DNA of 9,689 nucleotides from Enterobacteria phage P-EibC: sequence record AF151674.1; one strand, 5' to 3'. Shown piece by piece: positions 7,953 to 9,689 of this stretch (position 1 is its first letter; each line of letters starts with the position of its first letter). The notes under the pieces were generated by a model. It saw only the letters and a program-made list of their open reading frames with translations, ran no database searches and was not told where the DNA came from. The position numbers and the translations under genes were made by a program.

Positions 7953-7972
7953 AACTGTGGTTATGTACAGTA
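7953..7972. promoter_or_regulatory. LexA (SOS) box 1 in the DinI-like promoter region
   Basis: aaCTGTggttatgtACAGta fits the CTGT-N8-ACAG consensus (TACTGT(AT)4ACAGTA). It lies 14-33 bp upstream of the dinI-like start codon. Confidence 0.6.
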
Positions 7973-7980
7973 TTATTTTT

Positions 7981-8000
7981 AACTGTATGTATAAACAGTG
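7981..8000. promoter_or_regulatory. LexA (SOS) box 2, tandem to box 1
   Basis: aaCTGTatgtataaACAGtg, a second CTGT-N8-ACAG match with an AT-rich spacer, 28 bp from box 1 (centre to centre). Confidence 0.6.
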
Positions 8001-8026
8001 TCAAGGTGAGGGGAAGTGATTTTTTT

Positions 8027-8084
8027 GGGGCATGCATGGGACAAAAATGTCTGTTGTGGGGCATTTTGGGGCATGGTTGGGACA
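8027..8084. repeat. Direct repeats GGGGCATG(CA/GT)TGGGACA, two 17-mers plus a partial copy, near the prophage end; candidate integrase/accessory arm-type binding sites
   Basis: ggggcatgcatgggaca at 8027-8043 and ggggcatggttgggaca at 8068-8084 are 15/17 identical, with a partial ggggcat at 8058-8064. They lie 120-175 bp inside the inferred phage/host junction. Confidence 0.3.
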
Positions 8085-8186
8085 CTTTGTTACATATGAA
8101 CTTTGCCGATTTTCATATGACATGGAAATTCAAGAGTTTGATTCTACTAAAGAAAACACATGCTCTTGGGCGTTCTTTAGTGATTT

Positions 8187-8297
8187 TTAAAAATCCCGTA
8201 TCACGCAGTTAAAGTGGCGGGCATACTCTTCAAGGCTGGTGATCCCCAACCGCACCCATTTAGGATGCGACCATTGCGGTAGACCGATGTAAATCAT
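8187..8297 (-). pseudogene. yecE: yecE 5' fragment, truncated by prophage insertion (32 native codons plus 4 phage-derived codons and stop)
   Basis: Minus-strand translation [32 protein letters not shown] matches the N-terminus of E. coli YecE as I recall it, then diverges (IRDF, stop at 8187-8189). The start overlaps the yecD stop as ATGA at 8294-8297, as in K-12. Confidence 0.6.
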
Positions 8298-8860
8298 AAC
8301 GCGTTGAGGATCTCTTCCACGCTACGCACACGGGCGATGCGCGGGTAGATATGGTTGATACTGTTATTGTGCTGCTCGGCGCTGGCGGCACTACAGGCGT
8401 CTTCGGCAATCACCAGATTAAAGCCAAGTTCCCAGGCATTGCGGGCGGTGGATTCAACACCGATATTGGTCGAGATCCCACATAACACTATTGTATCGAT
8501 ACCTCGGCGGCGTAATTGCAACTCCAGATCCGTACCGTAAAACGCACCCCATTGACGTTTGATGATTTCGATATCGCTGTCGGTTGCACCTAATGCAGCA
8601 GGATGTTGCCACCAATTTTCGGGCAACACTTTAGCCGGTGAGGGCGCATCGACCGGCTGTTTTAATGCTTCAGCGTAATCGGCAGACCAGCCAACGCGCA
8701 CCAGAAACACGGGCTGACCGCTGGCGCGAAATTTCGCCGCCAGCTTCCCGGCGCGATTAACTACCTCATCGGCAGTATGTGGACCACCGGCAAAAGGTAA
8801 GATGCCTTCTTGTAAATCGATCACCACCAGCGCAGTGGTTTTAGCATTAAGTTCAAGCAT
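8294..8860 (-). CDS. yecD: Isochorismatase-family hydrolase YecD (188 aa from ATG at 8860; ORF track start 8893 is an upstream in-frame extension)
   Basis: Translation [44 protein letters not shown]...[24 protein letters not shown]...[12 protein letters not shown] matches E. coli YecD, including the conserved Cys in the VLCGIS motif. AGGAG sits 5 nt before the ATG at 8860; position 8893 is a GTG codon. Confidence 0.9.
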
Positions 8861-9037
8861 AATGACTCCTGAAAAAACAAAATCGTGCCTCACACCTTAA
8901 TGCGATTAGCCGATGGCGGAACGACAAATTTTGTTAATTTTTATGAGTTCGGGCAACACCTTTATAGCAAACTGGCGTAGAGTCTGATTTCAGGCCCGAT
9001 ATAAAGTGGTAACGAGGCGTTCCAGCGCGGGCCAGGC

Positions 9038-9067
9038 TCTTACGGTGCGGCAGAATTTCCAGTATAA
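9038..9067 (+). promoter_or_regulatory. Putative sigma70 promoter for aspS (perfect -10 TATAAT at 9062-9067; weak -35 around 9038-9043)
   Basis: TATAAT at 9062-9067 with a cttacg-like -35 17-18 bp upstream, giving an approx 100-nt leader before the aspS ATG. By-eye call only. Confidence 0.35.
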
Positions 9068-9169
9068 TAGCCGCCTTTTTTCATTCAGTTGTGACATACA
9101 GCTAACGCTGCGACTTGGTCACCTGCGCAGCAGGGGGCATCCGCCGGCAGCTAAGTTAAGGGATATCTC

Positions 9170-9689
9170 ATGCGTACAGAATATTGTGGACAGCTCCGTT
9201 TGTCCCACGTGGGGCAGCAGGTGACTCTGTGTGGTTGGGTCAACCGTCGTCGTGATCTTGGTAGCCTGATCTTCATCGATATGCGCGACCGCGAAGGTAT
9301 CGTGCAGGTATTTTTCGATCCGGATCGTGCGGACGCGTTAAAGCTGGCCTCTGAACTGCGTAATGAGTTCTGCATTCAGGTCACGGGCACCGTACGTGCG
9401 CGTGACGAAAAAAATATTAACCGCGATATGGCGACCGGCGAAATCGAAGTGCTGGCGTCCTCGCTGACTATCATCAACCGCGCAGATGTTCTGCCGCTTG
9501 ACTCTAACCACGTCAACACCGAAGAAGCGCGTCTGAAATACCGCTACCTCGACCTGCGTCGTCCGGAAATGGCTCAGCGCCTGAAAACCCGCGCTAAAAT
9601 CACCAGCCTGGTGCGCCGTTTTATGGATGACCACGGCTTCCTCGACATCGAAACTCCGATGCTGACCAAAGCCACGCCGGAAGGCGCGC
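9170..9689 (+). CDS. aspS: Aspartate--tRNA ligase (AspS), 5' partial; continues beyond the window end
   Basis: ATG at 9170. Translation [173 protein letters not shown] matches the E. coli AspS N-terminus. It is absent from the ORF track because it has no stop in the window. Divergent from yecD as in K-12. Confidence 0.95.

Larger units (their letters stand above)
1..8202. mobile_element. Terminal (tail-fibre/cargo) end of a prophage integrated in yecE; extends beyond the window start
   Basis: Phage genes (Tfa-like, DinI-like) flank horizontally acquired cargo. Homology to native yecE stops after codon 32 (about nt 8202), with yecD and aspS immediately beyond. yecE is a known integration site for lambdoid/Stx-type phages. 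Exact att core not determinable from one junction. Confidence 0.7.

Noticed and set aside
8006-8212. 68-aa plus-strand ORF spanning the phage/host junction
   Set aside because: It runs across the inferred att junction and the G-rich direct repeats and has no RBS. Interpreted as non-coding att-arm DNA.
8861-8893. N-terminal extension of yecD to position 8893
   Set aside because: The codon at 8893 is GTG without an SD, while ATG 8860 has AGGAG at 5-nt spacing and gives the 188-aa protein matching YecD.
9006-9224. 72-aa plus-strand ORF, and antisense ORFs at 9151-9634, around the aspS start
   Set aside because: They overlap the aspS promoter/leader and coding region in other frames. aspS identity is unambiguous.
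1-9689. Scan for tRNA genes, CRISPR arrays and IS-element terminal inverted repeats
   Set aside because: No cloverleaf-compatible conserved tRNA motifs, no regularly spaced direct repeats and no transposase-like ORFs were seen. Integration is into a protein-coding gene (yecE), not a tRNA.

Overview
This window looks like Escherichia coli chromosome carrying the terminal cargo end of a lambdoid-type prophage (about 1..8202) integrated inside yecE, followed by native yecD and the 5' part of aspS. The prophage part reads, in order: a tail-fibre assembly (Tfa-like) gene, an AT-rich intergenic region, a 504-aa trimeric autotransporter of the Eib immunoglobulin-binding type, a candidate intrinsic terminator, a small LuxR/GerE-type regulator with a stop/start-overlapping 60-aa membrane ORF, a 1335-aa SPATE-type serine-protease autotransporter with intact GDSGSP motif, and a minus-strand DinI-like gene preceded by two tandem LexA boxes. 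The phage/host junction truncates yecE after codon 32. This layout (tail-fibre module, then eib-like gene, then SPATE-like gene) matches the published Eib/Eaa prophage loci of E. coli ECOR-9 as I recall them, so the two big genes are probably not new; I could not run any database search to confirm. The less obvious items are the embedded LuxR-type regulator, the coupled small ORF, the SOS-box pair, and GGGGCAT direct repeats next to the junction. All calls come from reading the sequence and ORF translations; no searches were run.
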